Positions 43,827 through 55,333 of a stretch of 64,000 bases of DNA are shown one piece after another; the stretch's first letter is position 1, and each line of letters opens with the position of its first letter. The position numbers and the translations under genes are program-made. Source of the stretch: Macrostomum lignano (taxonomy: Eukaryota); assembly GCA_002269645.1 (NCBI GenBank), contig NIVC01001843.1, forward strand, positions 1-64,000. The letters run 5' to 3'. A model generated the notes under the pieces. That model searched no databases and was not told the origin of the DNA. It saw only the letters and a list, made by a program, of their open reading frames with translations.

Positions 43827-44653
43827 CGTGTTGGTGATCTCCGTGTTATTAACATAATGTGGAACGTTTACTTATTTTCTTGAGTTTATTCGTGTTTGTA
43901 ATGGTCTCATGCCGTTGAAAGTATAAATTCATAACTGATGATCGTGCTGTGTAATGTATTTATAACAAAAACTTTTAACTGTGTTGAATAGGTCTACATA
44001 TGTACATGTACGGATTTGCATTTTATAGTTTACCGCCATTTTAATTCTCTATTTTTCTGTATGCGCTAAAAGCTGGGACTAAACGCCGTTAGTAAACCGT
44101 TTGGACAACGTGAGTTCTAAAACTTAGTGTCTACTATATACTCTTTTCTTGCAGCTAAATACTCTCCACTTGAGTATAATCGTAATTGTTTTTGGCCTGT
44201 GAAACCTTTACACCTGTCACTTATCACTTAGGCCAATAAATGTCACAAAAGAAAAAATTGTTCCAATCAACGAAATACATGCCATGAAACATTCCTTTGC
44301 TTTATTTATCCGAAAGAATTTATTTCAACACAAGGACTGACAACTAATAGAAGTAAAGGAAATGAAACTGTTCAAATATAAGTATAAACTACAATTAATC
44401 GTTCAAGGAAGTATAGATTAAAAACCACATAAGGTACTTGTCTCATAGTTACTACTACGCTGAAGTCATTCAACTACATACTTTGTTGCAATGAAAATTG
44501 TTGCATGGTACAATAGATAAGCCAGTAAGCTATACGAACGGTATGACTTTGTTTAATGCTCGAATACCAGCGTTCTTATTTTCGTGCAAAAGAAGCTGGA
44601 CAAACTGTTATTCAACACGCATCCGATATTCCGTCACGCATCATCCTAGTCTG

Positions 44654-45511
44654 TTACTCATGCCTCGTTCGCGAGCGCAATGACATCGCTGGTTGGACCG
44701 ACCTTGAAGATCTCTGGGGCCTCTGCGATCTCTGACGCATTGGTTTTAGTGGTCCAAGAGCGGGACACTCGTACTGTTGGGACTGCCGCTGTTCATCCAG
44801 CTCGAGCTGCCGCTGCTCCTCTTGCAGTGCGAGTTGCCGTTGGCCGTCCTGTATCTGCGGATGCCGCTGTTCATCCAGCTCGAGCTGCCGCGGCTCCTCC
44901 TGCAGTGCGAGTTGCCGTTGGCCGTCCTGTATCTGCGGATGCCGCTGTTCATCCAGCTCGAGATGCCGCTGCTCGTCTTGCAGCGCGTGCTGCCGCTGCT
45001 CCTCATCAGTTGGGCGTGATCGCCGCTGCATGAAACGCCGACGGTGCACAGTCGATTGTAGCTGACTGAAGCCGCGCGAGACAACGAGCAGAGAACGAAG
45101 AACAGACACATCACATGAAGAAATAAGGAGCCGAAAGCTCTGCAAAACTTGCTTCCGCAGTCGCTTTGAACTTTGAAAATGGTGACCCAGAATCTCTCGA
45201 CGTAGGACAACTGACTGCGTCAGATGTGGCTTAGTTACACGCTGCAGCCAAGCAATGCCATTACCACGGTGGCCTTTGTTTCCACAACCATACACACCGT
45301 GCAAAAATGCAACCTTGCTAGGATCGGTTATTAATTGGACAACAGACACTCGATCACGTCCGCACCTACGAAATCCGTCTCGCACACGGATATTAGAATG
45401 ATTAAATGAACGTGTGCAAACGCAAAGCCTCTGGCAAACCGACTGAATCGATAGTTCATCGCTGTTGTTGAACGTCACAATGACAAAAAGAGAAGGGCAT
45501 GGTAGGACCAC
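44654..45511 (-). CDS. Unidentified ORF in the right foldback arm with Gln/Glu/Arg-rich tandem repeats
   Basis: 285-codon open frame whose antisense frame has many stops; EQRHPQIQDGQRQLALQEE repeats; no family recognised. Confidence 0.4.
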   Translation of the reverse strand: MVLPCPSLFVIVTFNNSDELSIQSVCQRLCVCTRSFNHSNIRVRDGFRRCGRDRVSVVQLITDPSKVAFLHGVYGCGNKGHRGNGIAWLQRVTKPHLTQSVVLRREILGHHFQSSKRLRKQVLQSFRLLISSCDVSVLRSLLVVSRGFSQLQSTVHRRRFMQRRSRPTDEEQRQHALQDEQRHLELDEQRHPQIQDGQRQLALQEEPRQLELDEQRHPQIQDGQRQLALQEEQRQLELDEQRQSQQYECPALGPLKPMRQRSQRPQRSSRSVQPAMSLRSRTRHE

Positions 45512-48500
45512 ACCTACACAAGGCAGAACAGCATCCGGTGGGCCTTGTAATAACTGGTCCTGGAATATGGAAGAGTGCGATTTTAGTCATCAAAAGAGTC
45601 ACGAAAGATGGCAACATGGCAGAAGTATCCCAAGAGTTGTACAAAAAGAGAACCTAAAAGTTCCTACGAGTCTCGCAATTTAACATTCTTGGTATGGTGT
45701 TGGTATGGTGTTGGTATGGTGTTGGTATAGTTGGTATGTAGTTGGTATGCAGTTGGCATGCAGTTGGCATGTTGGTATGGAGTTGGTATGCAGTTGGTAT
45801 GCAGTTCGCATGTTGGTATATAGTTGGTATGCAGTTGGTATAGTTGGTATGTAGTTGGTATGCAGTTGGCATGCAGTTGGAATGGAGTTGGTATGCAGTT
45901 GGCATGTTGGTATGGAGTTGGTATGCAGTTGGTATGCAGTTGACATGTTGGTATGGAGTTGGTATGCAGTTGGTATGGAGTTGGTATGGTGTTGGTATGC
46001 AGTTGGCATGTTGGTATGTAGTTGGTATGCAGTTGGCATACAGTTGGTATGTAGTTGGTATGCAGTTGGCATGTTGGTATGGAGTTGGTATGCAGTTGGT
46101 ATGGTGTTGGTATGCAGTTGGCATGTTGGTATGGAGTTGGTATGCAGTTGGTATGGAGTTGGTATGGTGTTGGTATGCAGTTGGCATGTTGGTATGTAGT
46201 TGGTATGCAGTTGGCATACAGTTGGTATGGTGTTGGTATATAGTTGGCATGTTGGAATATAGTTGGTATGGAGTTGGTATGCAGTTGGCATGTTGGTATA
46301 TAGTTGGTATGCAGTTGGTATGTAGTTGGTATGCAGTTGGCATGTTGGTATGGAGTTGGTATGCAGTTGGTATGGAGTTGGTATGCAATTGGCATATTGG
46401 TATGGAGTTGGTATGCTATTGGTGTGCATTTGGCCACAATCTCACCTCTGGACACACATGTTAGAAGCAGTATTTAAATCTCAGTGTGCAACCATTTTTA
46501 TATATAAGGTTGATATATATAAAACCTACATAAACATATTTCTCTGACACTAGTTACCAGATTTCTTAAAAACTATAAACCTTCTATAGGTATCAGTTTC
46601 TAGAACAAAATTTTGATTAATGAATGAATGAAATGGCAAGTTTTTAAAAGCAATTGTAACAAATAATTTAGGGATTTACTTTGGAAAGTCAGATTGGAGT
46701 TAAGACTAATTTTATTTGAGCTTCAACTTACAACAATTTTTAGGCTTACTGGCAAATTTACAATTAGAATTTTAAGAGAAAATAAACCTTGCCCAAAAGT
46801 ATAAACCTATACATATTTTTGTCAAACAAAAGCAAAAATATTTCAAATTATAAGCCTTTTTTCTTGGAGAATGCCAAAAATTCACTTTTTTCAAATTTTG
46901 CCTTAAGTGATTCTTTTGTTTTATATTTAATGCCTACAATGGCTTTATTATATTCTATCCATATCTTTATCCGTCATTTCTATATAACACTTGATAGGTT
47001 TATGTTTCCTGGTTTCTATATTAAAATATTTGTAGTGAACATTATTTTTTTCAATTAAAGTAAATACTTTCGATTTATCTAAGCAAATATATTGGGAATA
47101 TAATATAGCCTTAAATAAAAGAGTATACAATTCTACACTATGTAGATTTTTTTATTTTTTTAAGGCTGGCATGCTAAATCTAACTTCACGTGGGCACTTT
47201 GAAATAGTAAAATGGAGTTATACCATAGGGTAATCTTCAACCTTGATCATCTTTATACAAAATCTGAAAATGTTGGCAAATATACATATGGCATCTTGAT
47301 TATTATATTTCCATCTGCATATACATGTTTAGATGTATACATGCATCCAAATTTTGACGAAAAACCCTGATCCATACAACACAAATACTTCAGCATTGGA
47401 AAAGCAACAGTTTCTCTTTTAAAAAACCTTGCAACCAAAAGTGACAGTGTGACAAATGGCCGAGACAAAACAATATGTTGCACGATTTAAAACGGATAGT
47501 TTTATTTTCCAATGATTCACTAAAAGCTTGAACTTTTAACTTCAACTAAAATGTACAAATACTTGAGGTTCGTCTCCTTGTACGCTTTTAATACCTCATT
47601 GAACTATTTAGCACGCTGCAGCTAATCGTTGTACACGATGCATGTGCACGCTACGCGATAAAAGCCATAATTTGAAAGTCTGGAACGAGTGCACAAAAAC
47701 AAAATTGCAAAATTAAAACTATGCATGGACTGCTTTATTTAATTAAATATGAATTAGGAAGTGTCCTAGACAAATTTAATGCTTGTTCCTAACCGTACGA
47801 CAGAAACTAAAGTGTCTGTAGAAGTGTCTGAATAAGTGTCGGCGAATGTTTCATACGTGTTTTAGGGAGACCCCTGGAAAGCTTGAAATTTGCGCCTAAG
47901 AATGAACTTTTTTCATCTTTTTTCTACTTTACAATAACTCTTACGCGTGATTCTATAAAGTGCACGCCAGGTGTGCACACATACTTTTTTCTCAGGAGTG
48001 ATGCACGCCAACTGTGCACGCCTAATTTTGGCGTGCAAGGCCAATGCACGCCCGAATTTTCGGGCGTATACTACATGATCCGGAGTGTGGTGACGATATA
48101 ATGCCATGGTAGTAATGACCGGCTGAATTGCATGGCAGCTAAATTACAAAAATAGAAAGTATAAATAATATCACAGAATATATTAAAAAACAATTATAAA
48201 AAATTAAACAAGTAATAGCCCATTGATACAATGACAATATAGTTAGGAAACTTTGGTTTGGCAAGAAAATTTCATAATTTTATTAAGGCCTATTTATCAA
48301 ATAAAATCAAAGAATAAGACCAAAACTAAATATGCTAATTGCTAAATTAAGACTAGCACTTGCAGTAGTAGGCCCCATTTTTACATGTATTATATTTTAG
48401 TTACTATACAAATAAGCAAAGCATTTGGGCTTATTGACACATCACACAATGTGGATAATATTTGTGGTTATTGGCATAAGACTATAGGCTATAGCCTAAG

Positions 48501-48639
48501 ATTTAAAAAATTTAACTCTACACCTAACAACTTGACTTAACTCCATGTTGATTAGGTCAGCTGCTAATGATATTTTATTCATCCAATACTGGACAGAGTC
48601 ACTGCCATATGTATATAATGTCATTCACTATGTATGCGC

Positions 48640-49012
48640 ACGTATGGTGTAAAACCAAGACCGCCACACACCAAGAATGCCACACTTGGGAAGCTAAGGG
48701 AGAAATTTGAATTTATGTGTTATTAGATGGTGCTAGAGAGGAAATGAGTAGGTAGGAAAGCCAACAGCAAGAAAAGAACCTATGATTATGAAAGGAATAG
48801 CGGCTATCTTCTAGTTTCGTTTGTTTAATTCCAATACCCACCCCCCACCACCCTTGAATAGAGGGTGAAATAATTCTGGAAATAATTATACGAACGAAAC
48901 TGAAGGATAGCCGGAATAGCAATGCTAGAAAATTGGTAGTTCCCCCTCAATACCAGTAGCCAGTAATAGCTGTAGTGGTCTTGGTGTGTGGTGGTCTTAG
49001 TCATACACCATG
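48640..49012. mobile_element. Degenerate MITE-like inverted repeat
   Basis: ATGGTGTAAAACCAAGACCGCCACACACCAAGA vs the reverse complement of TCTTGGTGTGTGGTGGTCTTAGTCATACACCAT. Confidence 0.5.
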
Positions 49013-50312
49013 CATACATTCCAATTGATATTGGCGAATAAAACAGGAATTCTCATTTGCTTGTTGCCAAAATGGCTTTTACCAAAATGGCTGTTCTTGA
49101 ATTGGTCATCATTTGTTACCAAAGTAGACTATTGAGAGCATACTCCCTGCTCTGCTTGCAAGAAAGATTGCATTATAAGTGTCGTAGGGCTTACTTCTGC
49201 CTCTACTAATATTCTCCCACTATTGCCACCAAAGTTGACATAGGGCTCCGTCTTTCTATACAATTTCAACCGCTGACACCAAAGTTGTACCAGGGGTGTT
49301 CCTTCTTGTCAATATTGCTGGGTATTACCCGCTTTTTACTCGTAGCGCATGTACTTCTATTGGTAGCGTCTGTACTTCTATTGGTAGCGTATGTACTTTT
49401 ACTGGTAGCGTCTGTACTTCTATTGTACTTTCGGGCCTGAGCGGTCCTTTTAGGCACTGTCTATCTTATTCCTATATTCCTCTAAAGATATTATTCTCAG
49501 TCCTGGGCGTTCCCGGGATCAGAGGGTCACAGCGCACTTCGCTGGGTATTCTGCCCTGAGGCGGGTTTCTCAGACTCTAAGCCTGGATTTCTCTACCCTG
49601 TGGTAGGATCTCTGCCTTTTAAAGGCGGGTTACTAGACTCCTAAGTCTAGATTTCTCGTTCTCTGAGAACGGACTGAACTCCCAATTTTGGGGCAACTCC
49701 TAACTACTATCTACTACTAAAAATGAGTAATACTGGAACAACTCTTAAACTCAGTTTGAATTTGTCTGGTTAAGCTTGTAATATTCAAGCGCGAGCTCAA
49801 AGCAGAGCAAAGAGTTTATTATTCTTGGCCTCTAGTGGGCTTCCTTTTATAGCAAAAATTTTAGAGTGTTTTAAAACAAACTATAATATTCGTAATATGC
49901 AAAATATACAATATATAAAAAATATTCAACATATTCGTACAGTAAAACAATAGTTATGTTTTCAAAATAAAATTTTCCTAGAAACTAATAAAATGCGGCC
50001 TATTACAACTGCCTTCCCTAATTGCATGTTTTTGAATAAAAAAATTGTTTACTATAAAAAAATTTTGCGTGATAAAAATGCGATATAAATTGTGAAGCAT
50101 AAAAGACAACAATGCATAACATATGAAAGGTATCAAAGTAGACTATGTTGAAAAAGAATAGACAATGCAACAACAAAAATATTAAGGCAATAGTAAAGTA
50201 AAATATAACTAGCACATAGTGAGATTATATCGAAAGGCGTTTAGTACTAAAGAAAAACTACTACAAAGGAAGATTATAGACAGCAAGTTAATTCAGATAG
50301 ATCATTAACTGT

Positions 50313-51266
50313 TCAGAATTCACATGGTCCGGGTAGTTCTCGATAAGCTGGCCAGTCGAATTGGCTTAGGATCCACCGTAGCTCGATGCTCAATAGCTGC
50401 CTGTGGATCTCTTGACCGGCACCAGCATTGGCGAAGTGACGATGCAGCCTCTCGGCGATGTGCTGCACAACGGCAATGGCCTCGCCGTTGCGGGCGTGAC
50501 GCCGCAGCAAGCACAAGAAAGGCCATACCTGCGCCCTCTGAGGTAGCGGTTGGTCCAGGCGAATGAAAGCAATGCGCAGCAAGTATTGCTGGATCCCATG
50601 TCTGGCTCGCTCGATTGGTTCGCCTCGAACGACAAGCAGGTGCTGGGCCATCTCGTTGTAACCTGGGCGCTGCTGTTGTGGCTGCCGCTCCTGCCTGGCC
50701 GCACGTCCTTCTGGCTGCTGTCTCACTGGACGTTCCACCGGCGGCTGTTGTCTGGCCGGGCGCCGGCGCGGATCAACTGGCGGTCCAGCCAGTTGGATGG
50801 CTCGTCGTTCGTCCTGGGCGCCTTGGGCGGCGCCTCCAGCAGGGGCTACGTAGACTCGGACTGGCGCTACCGCCTGAGCCTGGAGAAGCGCGGCTCTCTT
50901 CGCAGGGGCCTGTTCGTCATTCCGAAGCTGACGATTCACAACTGGTGAACGATCACGTTGCCTCTTACATCCGGGCGGCTGTGGGCGTGTCGGCTGTCGT
51001 AGCGGCGCCTCTTCTGGCTGTTGCGGCTCCGGTGGTGGTTGCTGCTGCTGCCGCTGCTGCCGTGGTTGCCGCTGCTGTTGTTCCTGCGGTGGTCGCTGCT
51101 GTTGTTCTGGCTCAGCCGGTGGCTGGGGTTGCTCAGCCGGTGGCTGGTGTTGCGGCTCAGGCTGAGGTGCAACACCCTCAGGCTGACCGTTGTTCTGCCT
51201 TTCTGGCTGTTCCAGATCGGCGGCGTCTATATCAAGAAATTCCCTAAGAAAGTCAAAATCGTCCAT
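50313..51266 (-). CDS. Intact orphan 317-aa ORF inside the LTR element (acidic tip, Q/P/R-rich linker, ~115-aa predicted helical C-domain)
   Basis: Uninterrupted ATG-to-TGA GC-rich frame within AT-rich surroundings, in the sense orientation just upstream of the PPT. Confidence 0.7.
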   Translation of the reverse strand: MDDFDFLREFLDIDAADLEQPERQNNGQPEGVAPQPEPQHQPPAEQPQPPAEPEQQQRPPQEQQQRQPRQQRQQQQPPPEPQQPEEAPLRQPTRPQPPGCKRQRDRSPVVNRQLRNDEQAPAKRAALLQAQAVAPVRVYVAPAGGAAQGAQDERRAIQLAGPPVDPRRRPARQQPPVERPVRQQPEGRAARQERQPQQQRPGYNEMAQHLLVVRGEPIERARHGIQQYLLRIAFIRLDQPLPQRAQVWPFLCLLRRHARNGEAIAVVQHIAERLHRHFANAGAGQEIHRQLLSIELRWILSQFDWPAYRELPGPCEF

Positions 51267-53289
51267 GCTTGCTTATAATTAGCTTATGTTTAGCGGGCCT
51301 TGAAATAGGTGCTATACTCGCTTCTTGGGGAGCCTCACGGGTCTTGGTTTTGTATCTGAAAAACTGGACCGCATCTTCGTGTTCGCTCTCGGGGAGGGGT
51401 CTGAGCTTCACTTTTGACACTTTGGCTCCGTGGAGAACTTCGAATCGATTTTCACATGCATGTAATTTTCTTAATATAATAGATACAATGATGAGCAATA
51501 TACCATTTTATAGATAATTATTTACAGATTTATATGATGTTTTTGTATTTTTTTGTAGCTTTTATAGTTTTTATTTTATTGAGCTTTTTGTAGAGTCTAT
51601 TTACAAATGGAAACATTTTTACACTGATTCTAATGGGGTTTTGGTTCGCTGATTACGTCATCTTTACTTTCGATAGTGAGAATAGCGCCTCCGGGGAACA
51701 AAGCCTGTGGTGACTAAGCTCTCTCTCCGGGGTCTCAGATTATAGTGATGCCTTTGTTCGGCCTTCTCGTTCTCACTTCTATCTTGATTTGGCTCTGATG
51801 TGTCACCTATTTCGGCTGGCTCGGTTCTCTCACTGTCTAATGATTCATGCTCAAACTCTCCTTCATTCTGCTCGATTCCTTCCTCATTTGGCTCGTTCTG
51901 TTCAACTTCTCGTGCTCTCCATTGAATTCTTTCGTCCTCCGAACTATCAGTTTCTATTATTGGCTCTAAATGATTTTTCTTACTAATCTGTTGCCTTCCC
52001 TTATTTTTCGGCTCTCTCTTTTTCTGTTGTTCTCTCTGCCTTCCCCTATTTGTAGGTTCCGTCTCTTTATTTGGTAAGTTGGTTTAATAAATTTTTTGAA
52101 CATCTACCTTCCGAAATTACACTGCTCTTAGGATCAGGCTGAAATTTGGCTGCCAATGGGCTACCTTGCTTTCACCATAAGGCAGAGTATTCTTTCAGTA
52201 ATTCCATCTATCAAATTTCTCTTTCAGCTTTCAGGATCCTTGAGAGAGGACTTTAAATGATTAAATCATGCCTTTCTAAGCGGGATCAAGAAATTTCACT
52301 CTTGGCTTTCTCAATTTTATTGGATGATCTCTCTTTCTAAAAGAGGACTTTTAAATTATCTCTGACAATTTCGTGCTTCGACTTTCTCTTATTTCTACTC
52401 AGTAGTGGCACACAACGTTTTCTAGCTGCTAATTTCTCGATGCGGAATCTCCTCGTTTACGTCTTTTCAACAATTTCTCACAACGATTTTCAACATGCTC
52501 TACTTAGTTCGGTCACTCAGTAGTGCCTTTGACATTTTCGAGCTTCTATCTACACAGTCTTCTCAAATTCTGCTCTATTTTTGCTCTTCACAGACTATCG
52601 CATCCTTTTAGAAAGCAATGAAGTCTTTATCTAAAGAGGGACACACGAAGATAGCTGATCAGAATTTTCTCAATTTTCTCATCAAATTCTCAACTCTTCT
52701 CCAATTTCTCTTCTTCAAATTCTCTTCTTGAATTCTTCTCTTGAATTCACTTCTACAACTTCAACAGCTTCTATCGCTCCTTTTTAAGTGTCTATCAGCG
52801 TTTCGAGGGTGCGGCTAGGCTTTCCCTAGTCTACCTCTGCTTCTAGTACACTTGCTTCGATTTCACTTCTCGTCTCAATTCTCTTCAAAACTTCTCAACT
52901 TCGCAACTCTTATCTCGCTTCTATTCCTGTTTGTCAGAGTTATTCTCAATTATTTCTTTCCGCAGAGCCTTTTATTAATACTCTGGAAGGACTTTGGCTA
53001 ATTAGTTATGCTTCCTATCTTCTGAGCAGCTTCACTATAACAAATTAGGCCTATATCTGATTTTTAGTAAAACGGCCCTTCTAAGGGTTAATTTGCAAAA
53101 CGGCCCTTTTGAGGGTTCCAATAAACAATTAAGTGCATTTTATACGTTATATGGTGCTAATTCAAACGTTTTTATTTTCTTTTTCGAAGCTTTTATAAAT
53201 TTTTATATTTTTATGGATACTATGTACACTTTTCTGAGCTTAACTGAATCGTGCTTACATACTCAACTCTCATCCTTTCTCTTGGGCTC

Positions 53290-53855
53290 GCTGTCTGGCT
53301 TTTCTGAAGTCTATCCTACACTTGTGGCCTGTCTGTGGTCTTATTGAACCTGGCTGCCCACAGAAGAAGCAATGGCCGGGTTTTGGCTCAGGTCTGGCGC
53401 CACTAAATCGGTGCCTGAACTGCATGGGGACGCGGCTTTGGCATTGACTGCTGCTGCTGTTCTGGGTTTGAGTTCACGTTGATACTAGTGAAGATAGTTA
53501 TCAAGGTGACCAAGCACTCTACTAGGGCTTCAGTTCCTCCTTTCTGGTTCTGCTGTTTTGGCTCAAACTCCTCAATGATCTGCCTCCTAATCTCCTGATA
53601 ATGCTGCTGATCTTTCCTATGGCTCATCCTCCACTTTAGTCCTTCTGGGATATCCAGATTGGCGAAGAGGGCTTCCTTCCGCTCTTCTCCGTTAAATCCT
53701 TGCATCCTGCATTGCTGCTCGAATGCGTTGAGCCACTGCCTGATGTTCTTGTCAGGCGTGTACTTTTCTACTTCTACCTGCTTTAGTGATCCTAGTTCTA
53801 ACCTGTTTCTTAGTTCTTCAGCTAGCATCGCAATCGCATCATTTGCGTTGGCCAT
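53290..53855 (-). pseudogene. Gag-like ORF with frameshifted, degenerate zinc knuckle
   Basis: 150-aa ORF after the PBS (..KYTPDKNIRQWLNAFEQQC..; gypsy gag-like 'WL..FE'); in another frame downstream CFFCGQPG...C, resembling a CCHC knuckle. Confidence 0.65.
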
Positions 53856-55333
53856 CTCTGATCTTGTCAGGTTCTGCTATTTCTCTAGTCTTCTAACCGT
53901 TTCTCTAATTCTGGCCGTTTCTCTGATCTAAATCGCGCCGTTTCTCTGATCTAAATCGCGCCGTTTCTCTGATCCTTTACGCTGCCACCAAAAGTTGTCG
54001 TAGGGCTTACTTCTGCCTCTACTAATATTCTCCCACTATTGCCACCAAAGTTGACGTAGGGCTCCGTCTTTCTATACAATTTCAACCGCTGACACCAAAG
54101 TTGTACCAGGGGTGTTCCTTCTTGTCAATATTGCTGGGTATTACCCGCTTTTTACTCGTAGCGCATGTACTTCTATTGGTAGCGTCTGTACTTCTATTGG
54201 TAGCGTATGTACTTTTACTGGTAGCGTCTGTACTTCTATTGTACTTTCGGGCCTGAGCGGTCCTTTTAGGCACTGTCTATCTTATTCCTATATTCCTCTA
54301 AAGATATTATTCTCAGTCCTGGGCGTTCCCGGGATCAGAGGGTCACAGCGCACTTCGCTGGGTATTCTGCCCTGAGGCGGGTTTCTCAGACTCTAAGCCT
54401 GGATTTCTCTACCCTGTGGTAGGATCTCTGCCTTTTAAAGGCGGGTTACTAGACTCCTAAGTCTAGATTTCTCGTTCTCTGAGAACGGACTGAACTCCCA
54501 ATTTTGGGGCAACTCCTAACTACTATCTACTACTAAAAATGAGTAATACTGGAACAACTCTTAAACTCAGTTTGAATTTGTCTGGTTAAGCTTGTAATAT
54601 TCAAGCGCGAGCTCAAAGCAGAGCAAAGAGTTTATTATTCTTGGCCTCTAGTGGGCTTCCTTTTATAGCAAAAATTTTAGAGTGTTTTAAAACAAACTAT
54701 AATATTCGTAATATGCAAAATATACAATATATAAAAAATATTCAACATATTCGTACAGTAAAACAATAGTTATGTTTTCAAAATAAAATTTTCCTAGAAA
54801 CTAATAAAATGCGGCCTATTACATAAGGATTCGATATCTTCATAATTAGAAGTAGATGTATTTTTAAACTTTATTTAAAGTTTTATTTCTTAGCTATTAT
54901 AAAAATGTGCTTTAATTTATTCTAAGACCTATGTTATTTTGTTTAATTTGGTTTAAATTCTAAGATATTTGATGAATTCATAATATTTAAATAATAAAGT
55001 CTTATGAGTACATTACAGATTAGCCTGTAAGGTTTTTAGTTGATTTGTCTGCTGCCAATTCGTATGCTCAGCATATTTAATTTAAATTAAATATCAAAGT
55101 CAAAATGGTATCTATTCTTAAAAGACCAAGGCTAAGGAAGCCCAGATTTTTAATAAGATTAAGATTGAAAAATGTTAGATATATTCTTAGATATGCTAAT
55201 AGTAATAGGCTATATTAAATATAAATGTTGATATAAATTTAAAAAGCCCTAAGCCTAGTTAGTGTAATTGTGCTATATTGATATAATTTAATAATATATA
55301 AGTTTGCAAAGTTTCAATTTTGACTATTCAAAC

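Larger units (their letters stand above)
40591..47858. mobile_element. 7,268-bp foldback-like DNA element with ~3-kb inverted arms and 8-bp TSD
   Basis: Arms 40591-43710 and 44929-47858 are near-identical reverse complements (ORF pairs 40966/47483, 41319/47130, 42932/45683 mirror each other); termini ACGTATGAAACATTCGCC; TSD GTTTTAGG at 40583-40590 and 47859-47866; 1.2-kb spacer. Confidence 0.92.
40217..47873. mobile_element. Mutator-like MITE (~381 bp when empty) with 9-bp TSD
   Basis: TIR GGGTCTCCCTAAAACACG.. / ..CGTGTTTTAGGGAGACCC (right TIR interrupted); TSD CTGGAAAGC at 40208-40216 and 47874-47882. Confidence 0.85.
39939..48091. mobile_element. Outer small TIR element (~0.5 kb when empty), split by the nested insertions
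   Basis: Imperfect TIR ACCATAGTCCGGATCATG / CATGATCCGGAGTGTGGT; TGCACGCC motifs repeated on both sides; no clear TSD. Confidence 0.55.
49180..54823 (-). mobile_element. Young non-autonomous LTR retroelement (Ty3/gypsy-like), 5,644 bp
   Basis: 828-bp LTRs at 49180-50007 and 53996-54823 (TGT...ACA), one mismatch seen by eye. 4-bp TSD TAAG; PBS TGGTGGCAGCG (53980-53990, tRNA-Leu); PPT AGGGAAGGCAGT (~50008-50020). No RT/RNase H/integrase motifs seen. Confidence 0.93.

Noticed and set aside
41985-46547. Many HTNCIPT / VGMQLV ORFs resembling mucin or adhesive proteins
   Set aside because: Translations of the arm minisatellite in all frames
50324-51278. Plus-strand ORFs overlapping the 317-aa ORF
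   Set aside because: Antisense shadows of a GC-rich coding frame
49266-54375. Duplicated small ORFs (63 aa and 87 aa)
   Set aside because: They lie within the two LTR copies over a short internal tandem repeat; no coding evidence
40591-54823. Right-half elements as a Polinton/Maverick or endogenous virus
   Set aside because: No pPolB, integrase, capsid or packaging ATPase motifs seen; the structure is explained by TIR and LTR elements with their own TSDs
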